Source: Octopus sinensis
Lineage: Eukaryota
Length of the DNA stretch: 44,806 bases
NCBI RefSeq assembly: GCF_006345805.1
Contig: NW_021835121.1
Coordinates: 1 to 44,806 of the forward strand
Direction of reading: 5' to 3'
Shown: positions 25,655 to 36,837 of the stretch, one piece after another
Position numbering within the stretch: position 1 is the stretch's first letter
How the letters are laid out: each line of letters begins with the position of its first letter
Program-made: the position numbers and the translations under genes
The notes under the pieces: generated by a model
Told to the model about the DNA's origin: nothing
What the model saw: the letters and a program-made list of their open reading frames with translations, nothing else
Database searches by the model: none

Positions 25655-25790
25655 GTTACTTCTATCGGCAAAAGAGACCGATAGAATAAGTACTGGGCTT
25701 ACAAAAGAATAAGTCCTGGGGTCGATTTGCTCGACTAAGGGCGGTGCTCCAGCATGGCCGCAGTCAAATGACTGAAACAAGTAAAAAAGA
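25655..25790 (+). mobile_element. SINE family B, 3' part
   Basis: GGCAAAAGAGACCGATAGAATAAGTACT...GACTGAAACAAGTAAAA. Confidence 0.85.
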
Positions 25791-26269
25791 GAAAAAAAAA
25801 AAGAGTTATCAATCATCGTCGTAGATAACCTCACTTTTTTTTTTCACTATTCTGGGTTCATTGTCCAGGAAGTTTGATTAATACAGAGAAAGTGTGGTGC
25901 TTTGAGCCACCCTAGCGCTTGGTCCATGGCACAGATGTGTTGATACGATAGGAATTCTGTCCGATCGCAGAGAGATTCCAATGCAGAATTCAGTCGCTGA
26001 CTCCTTGAAAGTTTCCTGCTTGGAAGGTTAAAAAGTGATGACTTGGCATTTTAAGCCACATCGTTAAGAAGCTCCCTTCTCTCTGCTCTTGTAATTTATT
26101 TATCACTTTAAAAATATATACTAGTACTTCAGCTTTACAGCAGAAGATTTGGCTCTTATTTCTAGGTGGTCGAACGTCTAATGGTTCTGTAGATGACTCT
26201 CATGTAATTTATGTTGGTGGAGTTGTTTTCTTGCAAGAGACATCAGGGCAACTTTTTTGAAAATATGAG

Positions 26270-26425
26270 CGTAACTCGGACAAACACTCACCTTGCAAAT
26301 CACGAGGTAACTGTTTCGACCCTACTGCGTAGCATCTTGGACAAGTCTTATTTACCATAACCTTGAATCAAACCAAGTTTTGTGAAAGAAACTGCATAAA
26401 TGGAAATTGAGTAGAAGCCCATCGG
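26270..26425 (+). mobile_element. Diverged SINE family B-like 5' part
   Basis: GTTTCGACCCTACTGCGTAGCATCTTGGACAAGTC resembles the B-box plus core block. Confidence 0.45.
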
Positions 26426-26704
26426 GTGTGTTTTAACCTGTGAGTTATACGCCCCCATCTTCTCACAAACTGTCACACCAAGTCTACTTACAAACTTGGT
26501 AGCCAATAACCAGCCTGACAACAAACCAAACAGCAAGTCTGAGAGAAGCCAGGCAACCTCAAAGTGAGCCACCAACCGGCTATAAACTGCCAACCCGCCA
26601 CCAGGCTAGCACCCCGGCCCATCAGACCATCAGGCCATCAGTACAGCCGCCAGTCTTATCTAGGTCAAAAATGGCGGCAAAAAAAGTCAGCTAAACTGAT
26701 ATTA

Positions 26705-26910
26705 TATGTGTGATGGTAATGGTAGTGATGGTGGTGATAGAGGTAGGAATGGTGGTGGTACGGGTGATAGTGGTGATGATGGTGTAAGTGATGGTGGTAG
26801 AGGTGATTCTAGTGGAAGTGGTGGTGGAGGTAATTTTGGTAGTAGTGGAGATAGTGGTGGTGATGGTGATGGTAGTGATGGTGGTGGTGATGGTGATAGC
26901 GATGGTGAGG
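26705..26910. repeat. (GGT/GAT)n degenerate trinucleotide tract
   Basis: Direct inspection. Confidence 0.85.
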
Positions 26911-27119
26911 CACTAACAACCAGCTAGGACCACCGTTCTGTTAATTAGTTACTACTCCACCGCCCCATCTACGTCAGTCATTAACCAACTCACTCATGTA
27001 TCCAAACAACGCAACACAAACTGTTGTTGTCTTTACCTTGAAAACAAAAATGGGTCTCCGTAGGTGTCGACGACCACTGCTAGTTGAATAATCTGAGATA
27101 TTTTTCACAAAAATGCAGC

Positions 27120-27335
27120 CTTGTATTTGTGTTCAGCTTCGCCCACCGTTTGACAATGCGTGTTCGTTTGTTTATATTTTTGTAACTTAGTGGCTCGACA
27201 AAAGTAACTGATAAAGCAAGTACCAAATGTAGAAAAAAGAATAAGTACTGGGAGCGATTCATTTGACTAATAAAACTTCAGGGCGTTGCCTCAGCATGGC
27301 CGCAGCCTAACGACGGAAACAAATAAAAGATAAAA
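27120..27335 (+). mobile_element. Diverged SINE family B, 3' part
   Basis: CAGCATGGCCGCAG...GAAACAAATAAAAGA tail. Confidence 0.6.
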
Positions 27336-27371
27336 AGGAAAAATAATAGTGGGCAGGATACTGATGCTGAG

Positions 27372-27711
27372 ATCCCCTTCGGTCATGACTGACCATGGGA
27401 TTGCACCATGGGATCAACGTTACTCTTCCAGGCACACGTCCAGGCAAGGTTGTTTATAGAAGACCAGTAGTCACCCTTGCATACAAGCCTCCCCTCTCCA
27501 CGCCACCGATGTTATCCAAGGGAAAGGCAAAGGGGCCGATACAGCTTGGCATCAGTGACCCCGCAACTCATTTCTACAGCTGAGTGAACTGGAGCAACGT
27601 GAAATAAAATGTCTTGCTCAACAGCACAACACGCAGCCCGTTCAGGGATTCGAACTCACAACCTCACGATCGTAAGTTCGACGCTCTAACCACAAAGCCA
27701 TGCGCCTTCAC
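27372..27711 (-). mobile_element. tRNA-derived SINE family C
   Basis: Minus strand GGCGCATGGCTTTGTGGTTAGAGCG (A-box), GAGTTCGAATCCC (B-box), TTGAGCAAGACA..TTTCACGTTGCTCCAGTTCACTCAGCTG body. Confidence 0.8.
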
Positions 27712-27865
27712 TTGGGCAAGATAAGGGTATGTGTAAAATGTGGGCAAGAAATATCGACGCACGACACAGCGGAAATACCAAATGATTCCGTCACGGCATT
27801 GGGAATGAGTTTCCGTTACAGCAAAAGCAATCAAAGAAGAAACAGATCCTAAAGCGTCCACGTCG

Positions 27866-28010
27866 ATCTCTTCTGCTTGCTTCCTAACCACATGATTCCG
27901 GGTTCAGTCCCACTGGGTGGACCTTGGGTAAGTCTCCTACAATAATCTCGGGACGACCAAAACCTTGTGAGTGGATTTGGTAGACGGAAACTGAAAGAAG
28001 CCACTCTTAT
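27866..28010 (+). mobile_element. SINE family B, 5' part
   Basis: CCGGGTTCAGTCCCACTG...GTGGATTTGGTAGACGGAAACTGAAAGAAGCC. Confidence 0.85.
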
Positions 28011-28048
28011 ATGTATACATACATACATACATACATACATACATACAT

Positions 28049-28084
<36 letters not shown>

Positions 28085-28114
28085 GCACACACACACACAT
28101 ATATATATATATAT

Positions 28115-28154
<40 letters not shown>

Positions 28155-28380
28155 GGAGCCGAACTAGTGACAGCTGATGAAGGGGATTTTTCCTTGTGTA
28201 GTATGTCCAGTACTCTGTTTTTTCTGTTGTAAAAAAATGGTTTTTCCGTTTTCGTTTCTCGTTGAGTTCTACGTCTAGTTGTGGTGTCCTACACTCATGT
28301 GTATATATATTTATATATGCATGTATATATACATATAGATGTAGGTACGTACATATATGTTTGTATGTATGCATGTATTT
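28155..28380 (+). repeat. Dispersed repeat, same family as 5670-5860
   Basis: Shared sequence blocks; ends in (TA)n. Confidence 0.6.
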
Positions 28381-28410
28381 TATTAATTACATTATATATA
28401 TATATATATA

Positions 28411-29700
28411 CGAGGGACGTTCAATAAGTAATGCTTCTGACCCACGTGCAGTTGTTTGATCTAGCTGAAATTTAGCATGTGCAATTATTTATATCTCTAT
28501 AGATTAAGTAGCAAATTACAGCTCTGAACTAATTGTGGTTTCTGATTTACAGGTGTTTGAACAGAGTCATGTGTGAAATGGAGCCAGTTGAGTGTCGAGC
28601 AGTGATCCGGTTTTTGTATTTGAAAGGACGCACACCACAGGAGACTTTTGATGAAATGAAAGTAACTTATGGTGATGATGCCCCATTATATGACCTTGTA
28701 AAACGCTGACATCGTGAATTTAAACATGGTCGGAACTCTGTGGAAACAGCTCCCAGATCTGGTCGCCCCCCTTCTGCTATTGATGAGGCATCTGTCCGTC
28801 GAGTTGAGGCTGCCATTTTGGACGATCGACGCATAACTATTCGCCAAATAGCCCATGAGGTCAAGATTAGTACCGGGTCTGTGGAAACTATCATTCACGA
28901 CCATTTGCATATGCAAAAGGTGTCTGCCAGATGGATTCCCAGGTTGCTCACACCTTTCCAGAAGCAAGAACGCGTCGAGTGCTCGAGGATGAATTTGGAG
29001 ATGTGCCAAGAAGATGAGTCAAAAATTTTCAGATGACTGATTACACAGGATGAAACCCCGGTCCATCACTATGATCCAGAGACCAAAGCCCAGTCAATGC
29101 AGTGGAAGCACCGTGACTCACCTCCTCCAAAGAAGGCAAGGGTACAGCCCTCCGCTGGCAAGGTCATGTTCACAGTCTTCTGGCACCAGGATGGAGTAGT
29201 GATGACAGATTTCCTGGCAAAGGGTTCCACAATTACAGGAGCCTATTATGTTTCACTTTTGAGGAAATTAAGAGAAGCCATCAAAATCAAGAGGCAGGGC
29301 AAGATCAGCAAAGGCATCCTCCTCCTGCAGGACAACGCTCCGGTCCACAACTCGTGTGTCGCCAGATCAGAAGCACAGGCGTGCGGCTATGAACTCCTCC
29401 CCCACCCCTACTCTCCTGACCTTGCACCCTCTGATTTTCACCTCTTCGCAGCCATGAAGTTGTTTTTGAAAGGAAAGCGTTTCCCATATGATGCAGCCTT
29501 GATTTCTGAAGTCACGTCGTGGTTGGAGGACCAAACTGGGGTCTTCTACAAAAACGGTCTCCAGAGCTGCATCAAACGATGGGAGAAATGCGTAACTCTA
29601 GGTGGTTCCTATGTAGAAAAATACTAATAACTGTGCCAAGTTTCGTTGCCCTACTGCTATGGGAAATGGGTCAGGGGCATTACTTATTGAACGCCCCTCG
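28411..29700 (+). mobile_element. Full-length mariner transposon (1290 bp)
   Basis: 34-bp TIRs (CGAGGG(A/G)CGTTCAATAAGTAATGC..CTGACCCA) with 3 mismatches; TA TSD at 28409-28410 and 29701-29702. Confidence 0.95.
28578..29627 (+). pseudogene. Mariner DD(34)D transposase pseudogene
   Basis: One 349-codon frame with TGA at 28707-28709 and 29034-29036. Motifs WIPRLLT, QDET, QDNAPVH, YSPDLAPSDF. A one-codon deletion in HPPY gives D33D. Confidence 0.93.
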
Positions 29701-29702
29701 TA

Positions 29703-29910
29703 TCAATGATTAAGGGTAAAATCAATTAATTATTAATTAATTTCACCAAGTAGTGTTCAGTATGTTAAAGGACCATTCAAGGCGTATTCAAAATATTACG
29801 TTATATAATTAGGGCTCAGTAAAATAATTTACTTTGTTGCCACATATTGAAATTTTTAGAAATAGCAGCCAAAAAGTTTTTTTAGCCATTTCTACTACTC
29901 TAAGAAGAGT
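29703..29910 (-). mobile_element. Diverged relative of the 1-895 element 3' region
   Basis: TTTAGAAATAGCAGCCAAA..TAGCCATTTCTACTACT..AGAGTCTC and AAGGGTAAAAT..ATTTCACCAAGTAGT align to the reverse complement of about 690-890. Confidence 0.6.
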
Positions 29911-30009
29911 CTCCCAGATAGTGCTTACTCAAAAATAATTCACGTAGATATGGAGGGAAAACACCAAAATATCACATGTACAAAGATACATGTATATATA
30001 TGTATGTAT

Positions 30010-30998
30010 AACAGGACTAACCTTGCCATATGCACCTACAACTGCAGGTCCTTGGCAGGGTGGCAAGAACTGAACCACCTAATGGAGGAGAGGAAGAAGA
30101 TCAGGTGCAACGTGTTAGGGCTGTGCGAGACACGATGGAAGAAGGAAGCGAGTATATGATGGCAAGATGGATGCACTGTGGGATTAGGGAGAGCAGAAGG
30201 TGCTAGATCGGTCGGAGGTATCGGATTCATCATAAGTAAGGAATGGGCTTCGAGGGTCGCTTCTTGCCACTTCATATCATCACGGATTGGTGTACTAAAT
30301 CTGAACCTCTCAGGGAAGGCCACCCTCAAGATTGTCCAGACCTATGCTCCCACAAGAGCCAGCGACGACGACGAGGCGGAAGAATTCTATCGACAGCTAG
30401 GCAAAGGGCTGGCTATGAAGTCCACTTACACTGTCGTGATGGGAGACTTCAACACAAAGGTTGGACATGGACGACAAGGAGATGAGTACGTCGGGAGATT
30501 CGGCATGGGAGAGAGAAACGAAAGAGGAGAACGTTTGGCTACCATGGCAGAGGCGAGCGGCTCTACATCGGAAACAGCCTATTCAGGAAGAGGAAGAGGA
30601 AGAGATGGACCTGGATATCGCCGAACTCGAAGCACCGAAGCGAGATCGACTACATCCTGGTTGATAAGCGACGCATATTACATGACGTCTCCGTCGTGAC
30701 GCCATTCAACACCGGCAACGATCATCGTCTGGTAAGGGCGAGGATCGTCATCGATGGGAAGAGGGAGGAGATGGCGCTGTATTTGGCGTCGAAGGGAAAA
30801 CGTGTCCGAGTCTACGAGGCGAAGCTGCAGGAAGCCATCATGCAGGAAAATTGGTGCCAAGGAAACGACAAAGACGATGACTACAACTCACTGATAGGGA
30901 AACTGAAGGAGTGTTTAAGGAAGGCTAAGGGAGTATGTCGAAGAGAAAAGAAGGGAAGAATCTCGGAAGAAACTACGAAGTTACTCGAGGAGAGGTAA
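30010..30998 (+). pseudogene. RTE-clade LINE 5' fragment (APE endonuclease domain)
   Basis: TYNCRSL, LGLCETRW, GGIGF, QTYAPT, VMGDFNTKVG, IDYILV, DHRLVRA motifs. Stop at 30157-30159 and a 1-nt deletion near 30557. RT domain absent. Confidence 0.9.
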
Positions 30999-31052
30999 TA
31001 TATGAAGAGTATATTGAAGATCACCTTGAATATTCCCTTCTCAGCAGAGTGA

Positions 31053-31230
31053 TTCACGTTGCTCCTGTTCACTCAGCTGGCAAAAATGAGTAGTACCTGT
31101 ATTTAAAAGGGCCAGCCTTGTAACACTCCGTGTCACGCTGAATCTCCCTGAGAAGTAGGTTAAGGCTACATGTGTCTGTGGAGTGCTAATTTCACGTTGA
31201 TCGTATCCGACGGAGTGCTCCTATATGTGT
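31053..31230 (+). mobile_element. SINE body fragment related to family C
   Basis: TTCACGTTGCTCCTGTTCACTCAGCTGG block shared with 27372-27711. Confidence 0.6.
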
Positions 31231-31234
31231 GATG

Positions 31235-31415
31235 CTAATGTGTGTATGTGTGTGCTTCTTTGTATTTGTGTTTGTCCCCACCAACATTTGATAACCGGTG
31301 TTAATGTGTTTACGTTCCCGTATCCGAGCGGTTCGACAATGACTACCGATCGAATAAGTACCAGGCTTTAAAAAATACAAAATAATTACTGGAGATCGAC
31401 ATTTTACTAAAAATT
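31235..31415 (+). mobile_element. SINE family B, 3' part, diverged
   Basis: TGTTTGTCCCCACCAACATTTGATAACCGGTG..GAATAAGTACCAGGC. Confidence 0.6.
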
Positions 31416-31444
31416 CTTGAAATAAGTAATTAATTCTTAAATTA

Positions 31445-31700
31445 AGTCATTTATCGACCTCGAAAGGATGAAAGGCAAAGTTGCCCTCGAAGGAATTTGA
31501 ACTCAGAACGTAAAGACAGACGAAATATTCCTAAGCATTTCACCCGGCGTGCCAACGAGTCGTCCACCTCGCCTCTTTACACTTCCCTAATATTCTTTGT
31601 TACCCTAGGCACAAAGCCCGAAAGTTTTGGGAATGGGGTCTGTCAATTAGATCGACCCCAGTACGCACCTTCGCCCGGCGTGCTAACGAGTCGACCACCG
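31445..31700 (-). mobile_element. SINE family A fragments, rearranged
   Basis: ATTTATCGACC.CGAAAGGATGAAAGGCAAAG..TTTGAACTCAGAACG and a duplicated CGCCCGGCGTGCTAACG. Confidence 0.7.
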
Positions 31701-32401
31701 TAATATTGTAGAAGCGTTGTTTAACCCAGATCAGCTCTGAATAAGCCAGCTGAGATGAATGGCACTCTAACTGTGACCATCCAGTCTTTTATTCAGTGTT
31801 TCTAGGACTACATAATCTCGCTTGTTCCTTTTTGAGACGGTAAAGTGAAATTTGAACGACTGACTACATGGAGGCCCTCTCACTCTCTCTCTCTTCCCCC
31901 CTCTCTCTCTCTTTCTCTCTCTCTTTCGTTCGTGAGTGTGACAGTGTGGGGATGAGTGGAGGCGGCGGGAATGAGCGATGGCGGCGGAGCACTGCAGATA
32001 AATTAGATGTGAGGAATGCAAGGTCAGGTGAACATAACGGAAGTTGTTAAGCGGTGGTGGGGTAGTGCTGTTGAGGAGTAGCAGGAGTGAAGTAGAAGTG
32101 AATGAAAGGCGAAGGAAAGAAGGAGGAGTAAAGTGAGGAGGTGTCTTGAGGTGACGTGAAGTGACTTGAGGTCAAGTGGGGACTGAAAGTAACCTCGCAC
32201 TCGGTAAACTTCACTACCACCGGAGTGAATTATTAGCGTGTCAAACCCCTGTGACATTACACACACACACACACACACACACACATGCACATAAACGCAC
32301 ACTGACACATACGCACATATACACACTCTCTCACTGAGATCTGTTATATATATATATATATATATATATATACTCTCTCACACGAATACATAAAAACTTC
32401 C

Positions 32402-32439
<38 letters not shown>

Positions 32440-32689
32440 CGCTAACACTCAGCCTGTCACTCACATACCCATACTGACATACTCCCCTCCACCCCTTTCA
32501 CTAACACTCATCCCCCTCTCTCTTATTTACTGATATTTACACATTCCCTTTCCTTCCTCTCTTCACAAACACAAACTTACGTTTACGCTTTCAATATATA
32601 CTGATTTCATATTTTGGCAAAACCCCCCAGCAATTTCGGAAGATGGTGAGTGTGTGTGTGTGTGCAAATGGGAAGCAGTAATTTAAGTA

Positions 32690-32802
32690 GATGGTGAATA
32701 TACTCCGGAATAATAATTTAAAGATGTTTTTGTTACATGTTATTGTTTTTGTTGAATAAAATTTGTTGAAAAAAAGACGCAATAATTATGCACCAACCTA
32801 AA
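32690..32802 (+). mobile_element. Mariner 3' end remnant with right TIR
   Basis: DGEY..* C-terminus, then CGCAATAATTATGCACCAACCTAA, the reverse complement of a Hsmar1/MADE1-like TIR TTAGGTTGGTGCA.. Confidence 0.55.
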
Positions 32803-32804
32803 TA

Positions 32805-34240
32805 GTTTGCCCGACATCCAACGATACTGCCAACTTCCAGCCCTCACGTCTATAGAAATATAATATAGAGCTTTCCTTTCATAAGTCCCAAGTTACTCAG
32901 GTGGTTATGTGTATCAAATAAGATGCCTGGAAACCAGGGAAATATCTCCGAAGCGTCACATGTGTAACATAAGAAAGGAAGGGGGTTAAGTTTGGTGAAA
33001 TATTCTTTTACCGCCCTGTAACCATTATATAGAATATTTTCGCCAGCTCCATGGTATTATACAAATTATTGTTATAACCTGGAAAATAGAGGAATCATTG
33101 ATGTCGACGTTTTCGATTTGGACAGAAAATTCTTCCTCACTCAACCATTATTATTACCATTTTCTCCCCGGGCCGAATCCTATCCCTATATCAGCTGAAA
33201 ATATTGTTATTAAATGCAGCTGACTGTTTGTATTGTGGATATTTCCAGAGTAGATGTTGAAATAGTTGACAAATATATTATTGGTTACACTGAGATTTCA
33301 TTCAGTGGAATGTAGCATATAACCCCAGGGCTTTTGGGTTTTTGTGCAAGAAATAACTGTTGGTTTTTATATCGAAGTAAACATTATCACAGAAAGAAGC
33401 AGATAATATTCCTGTCTAAAAATCTGTGACACCAGAGCAGACGAGAAACAACCGTTGTATTTTCAGCTTCTAATGTAACAATGGATGACAGGCTGTTGGT
33501 GAATTTTTCAATTACGGAAATCGTGATTAAAATAAAATAAAATAAATGCAGACAAGCGCCTTAATCAAAACAAATTATGAGAGAGATCTTTCAATTATTT
33601 ATATAATGCAGACAGTATAATCCTTCAATTATATTTAACACATTTTCAGACTCCCTTCTTTCGAGATTTGGGTGCTTGACTTAAAGGAATTAATTTGTTG
33701 ATGCGAACACTTTACAAGTTTTGTATATTTAGCAAGACACAGGCCTTTAGTTTTCTAAGAGAGATCTTTTCATTTTTAGCAACACGATTTGTTGCCAGAA
33801 TTATTGTTAGTCTACGAAGTGTACGAAACAATTAATTTATCTCTGGTTGCCTTTCATGTATAAATATAGCTTTGTTTAAAATATAGTGATGGTAAAAATT
33901 CATTTCTGATCATATTCAGCCATATTCCAATATGGCTGAAATATTTCTTAACGCTGTGTAGATCTTAGAATCTCAGACACCAACGACTAAATATGTTGAG
34001 AAGGAAATATTTTCTTTCTTTTTATAGAGATGTTGTTTACAGAGATGATGTTTACATAGGAGTTGTTTTGCTGATATGTTTTCCGATAAATAAATTGCGG
34101 ATTGAAGTTAAACTCATGGTTAATAGTACTTCTTTGCTGTAAATGTTTATGGTGAAGGAATTTCTCACACAAGAGCTTCAAGTCATGTTTCAGGTTTATT
34201 AAATTGCTTTCAAAACTGTAAACATTTAGGAACAACGTTC
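32805..34240 (-). pseudogene. Highly decayed Penelope-like reverse transcriptase
   Basis: Minus-strand remnants in the expected order: NNIFSADIGIG (PADKG-like), KEYFTKLNPLPFLCYTCDASEIFP (motif-3 Asp), GKLY..T*GLEVGS...ANY (QxxGxxMGS-like). Confidence 0.45.
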
Positions 34241-34332
34241 ATTTTTAGACATTTTTTCATACGGTTTAGTTGATGTGAGTTAATGGGTGTATGTGAGTGT
34301 GTATATATACTCATACAGGCACACACGACACA

Positions 34333-34387
<55 letters not shown>

Positions 34388-34974
34388 ACACACACACACA
34401 CACACATACACACACACAGGCATATATAGATGTATACATACGCACAAAGCATAGAGCCATTCAGCTGCTTACTACATTCTATATCTATCAGTCTGTCTGT
34501 TGATGTATGTATGTATGTATGTATGTATGTATGTATATATGTATCTTTCTATCTATCTATTTATCTATACATTCACTCATTCTCGCGCGCATACATCAAT
34601 TCACGCATACAGAGCTCACGGATCTTGCCGATTTGGCTGCCAGCGGCAATTTTCTGTTCGAATTGATTTCGTATTCAGTGTAATTATACACGTTTATAGT
34701 CTAATTAATGACGTGAAAGTAATTTTCGCTATAAATCAATAAATAAAGAATTATTAGCAATTAAAATTCGAAAATTTTGGTAATTTTAGCCAATCGTAAG
34801 CCACAGACACATACATACCCGTTTCGATAGTAAGAAGCGGAACATGAGAACTCTTTTGTCTGCGAGAAAACATGTTATTGTTGCCATAGTAACAAGAGAA
34901 ACCGAGCAGTTTTTGAAAAGGCTTTTATCTGCGAGGAAGCATGTGTTGACGAATTTAATACTGTGTTCCGTGCT

Positions 34975-35327
34975 ATGATGGCAGCAAGCTCCAGTAACTT
35001 CGCTTTTATTATGGAAACGTCGAAAACAGAGATGGATACTGTGTCGTACCTCCAAGAAAAGGGTGTTATACCCAAAAGAATACTAAGTAAGAAAGAGGCA
35101 TGTTATGTGTACGAAAAGACGTGGTGGGAACATGTACTAGCGATGCTTGCACCGAGAATGTATGGGCTCTGTGTCGGTGAGGAAAGACACATGGTTTGAG
35201 AGTGGGACTTTCCTTCCTAGGACAGAAATGCTCTTCCTTTACTCATGGGTTAAGGAATTGACTTCATTCCGCTCTTGTATTGAAGAACTGGGGATGAACC
35301 GTAGCACGGTTATTGATTATAACAATT
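34975..35327 (+). pseudogene. Merlin transposase N-terminal remnant
   Basis: ..YLQEKGVIP..RC..C..SVRKDTWFE..LFLYSWVKELTS..EELGMNRSTVIDYNNF, frameshifted and cut off by a SINE. Confidence 0.75.
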
Positions 35328-35576
35328 TTTCTCTTTTACTTGTTTCAGGCATGCTGGAGCACCGCCTTTAGTCGAGCAAATCGACCCCAGAACTTATTCT
35401 TTGTAAGCATAGTACTTATTTTATCGGTCTCTTTTGCCGAACTGGTCAGTTTCGGGGACGTAAACATACCAGCATCAGTTGTCAAGCGATGTTGGGGGGA
35501 CAAACACAGACACACAAATATATACACACACATACATACATACATACATACATACATACATACATACATACATACA

Positions 35577-35665
<89 letters not shown>

Positions 35666-35838
35666 ACATATATACGACGAGCTTCTTTCAGTTTCCGGCT
35701 ACCAAATCTACTCACAAGGCTTTGGTCGGCCCGAGGCTATAGTAGAAGACACTTGCCTAAGGTGCCACGCAGTGGGACTGAACCCGGACCCATGTGGTTT
35801 GTAAGCAAGCTACTTACCACACAGCCACTGTTACGCCT
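35328..35838 (-). mobile_element. SINE family B, full length, nested in Merlin
   Basis: Head CAGTGGCTGTGTGGTAAGTAGCTTG, B-box GGGTTCAGTCCC, internal (TA)/(CATA) expansion, tail. Confidence 0.9.
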
Positions 35839-36449
35839 ATATGTTAAAGAAGTATTTATTGCATGTAACGTGTTGTTTAGCGCATTTGCATTAAATGCAT
35901 ATTGAATGCTTAAATGTTTATTTACTGATTTCTTTTTGTCATTGAACACTTAGGTGGTTGTGTTGTGTGCTAAAAATAACAGCTAAGTAAGATTTATGGG
36001 ATAAATCTTTTCAATTAACACATTTATTTACATGAAAGAAAATTACCGCAGACATAAAACGGTATGCTATTTTCAGGACGTTGACGACAAAACGTGCTAT
36101 TTTCAGGACGTTGACGACAAAACGTGCAAATACGCACAAAAGACAGCTTCCAAATTCTGTTTGCCGACTGAGTGAAAATGATCAAACTTTAAACCACTAT
36201 AACTTTTAAAAAAACATTTTTCTGGGAAAAAATTAAATAATTCCAGCAATTCAATTTGGACAAGTGTATTATTATGCCAAATTAAAAAAAATTTCATTAA
36301 ACCTTAATTTTTGAAATGCTGGCAGCCAAACCGACTAGGTCCGAGCTCACTCAGTTGAACGACAATTTACACAACTATCAAACGTATGAATTTTCTTCCT
36401 GGTTTTGTCCCTTTACTACGGTCATGCTGGAGCACCACGTTAGATGGTT

Positions 36450-36671
36450 GTAGGGGAGATAAGGGCTCTCGATTTTACTTGCTCCGAATAATATCGCAAT
36501 AGAGGAGAGCAGCCTCTCTTGTCAAGGGTTTCACAGGGTCTTTTGACAGGAAACTTAACACCCATTTCCAGTCTCAAAATCCCAGCTGTCCCCAATAAAT
36601 CAGTTTTCTGAGCATGTTCTACCCTCATGTCAATTCTAGTTTCTCCAACATATTTCTCAAAACTAGTCGTT
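36450..36671 (-). mobile_element. R4/Dong-like LINE 3' fragment 1
   Basis: TTSFEKYVGETRIDMRVEHAQKTDLLGTAGILRL matches the QKxxLLGTARILR C-terminus of RLE-type elements. Confidence 0.7.
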
Positions 36672-36837
36672 AATGCTGCCAAACCGACCAGGTCCGAGCT
36701 CACAACTGCCGACATGGCATTTAGTCTCTTCATTGTCCACCTCCATTCACTTGCAGAAACGTTAGCACGCCGGGTGAAATGCTTAGCAGCATTTCGTCTG
36801 TCTTACGTTCTGTCTTTATTATTATTATTATTATTAT

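Larger units (their letters stand above)
34620..36342 (+). mobile_element. Merlin (IS1016/ISXO2-like) DNA transposon, internally deleted
   Basis: 25-bp TIRs GGA(T/C)CT(T/A)G(C/T)CG(A/G)TTTGGCTGCCAGC, 8-bp TSD GAGCTCAC (34612-34619 and 36343-36350), transposase N-terminal remnant, subterminal tandem repeat at about 36066-36130. Confidence 0.85.

Noticed and set aside
25755-25790. SINE B tail AGUC(AAAU)GACU-GAAAC-AA-GUA looks like the 3' half of an HHR
   Set aside because: No CUGANGA upstream in any copy; more simply a LINE-derived SINE tail
28707-29036. Both mariner stops are TGA (selenocysteine or readthrough?)
   Set aside because: Both are explained by single transitions (TGG to TGA, CpG decay of CGA), and other motif damage shows a pseudogene
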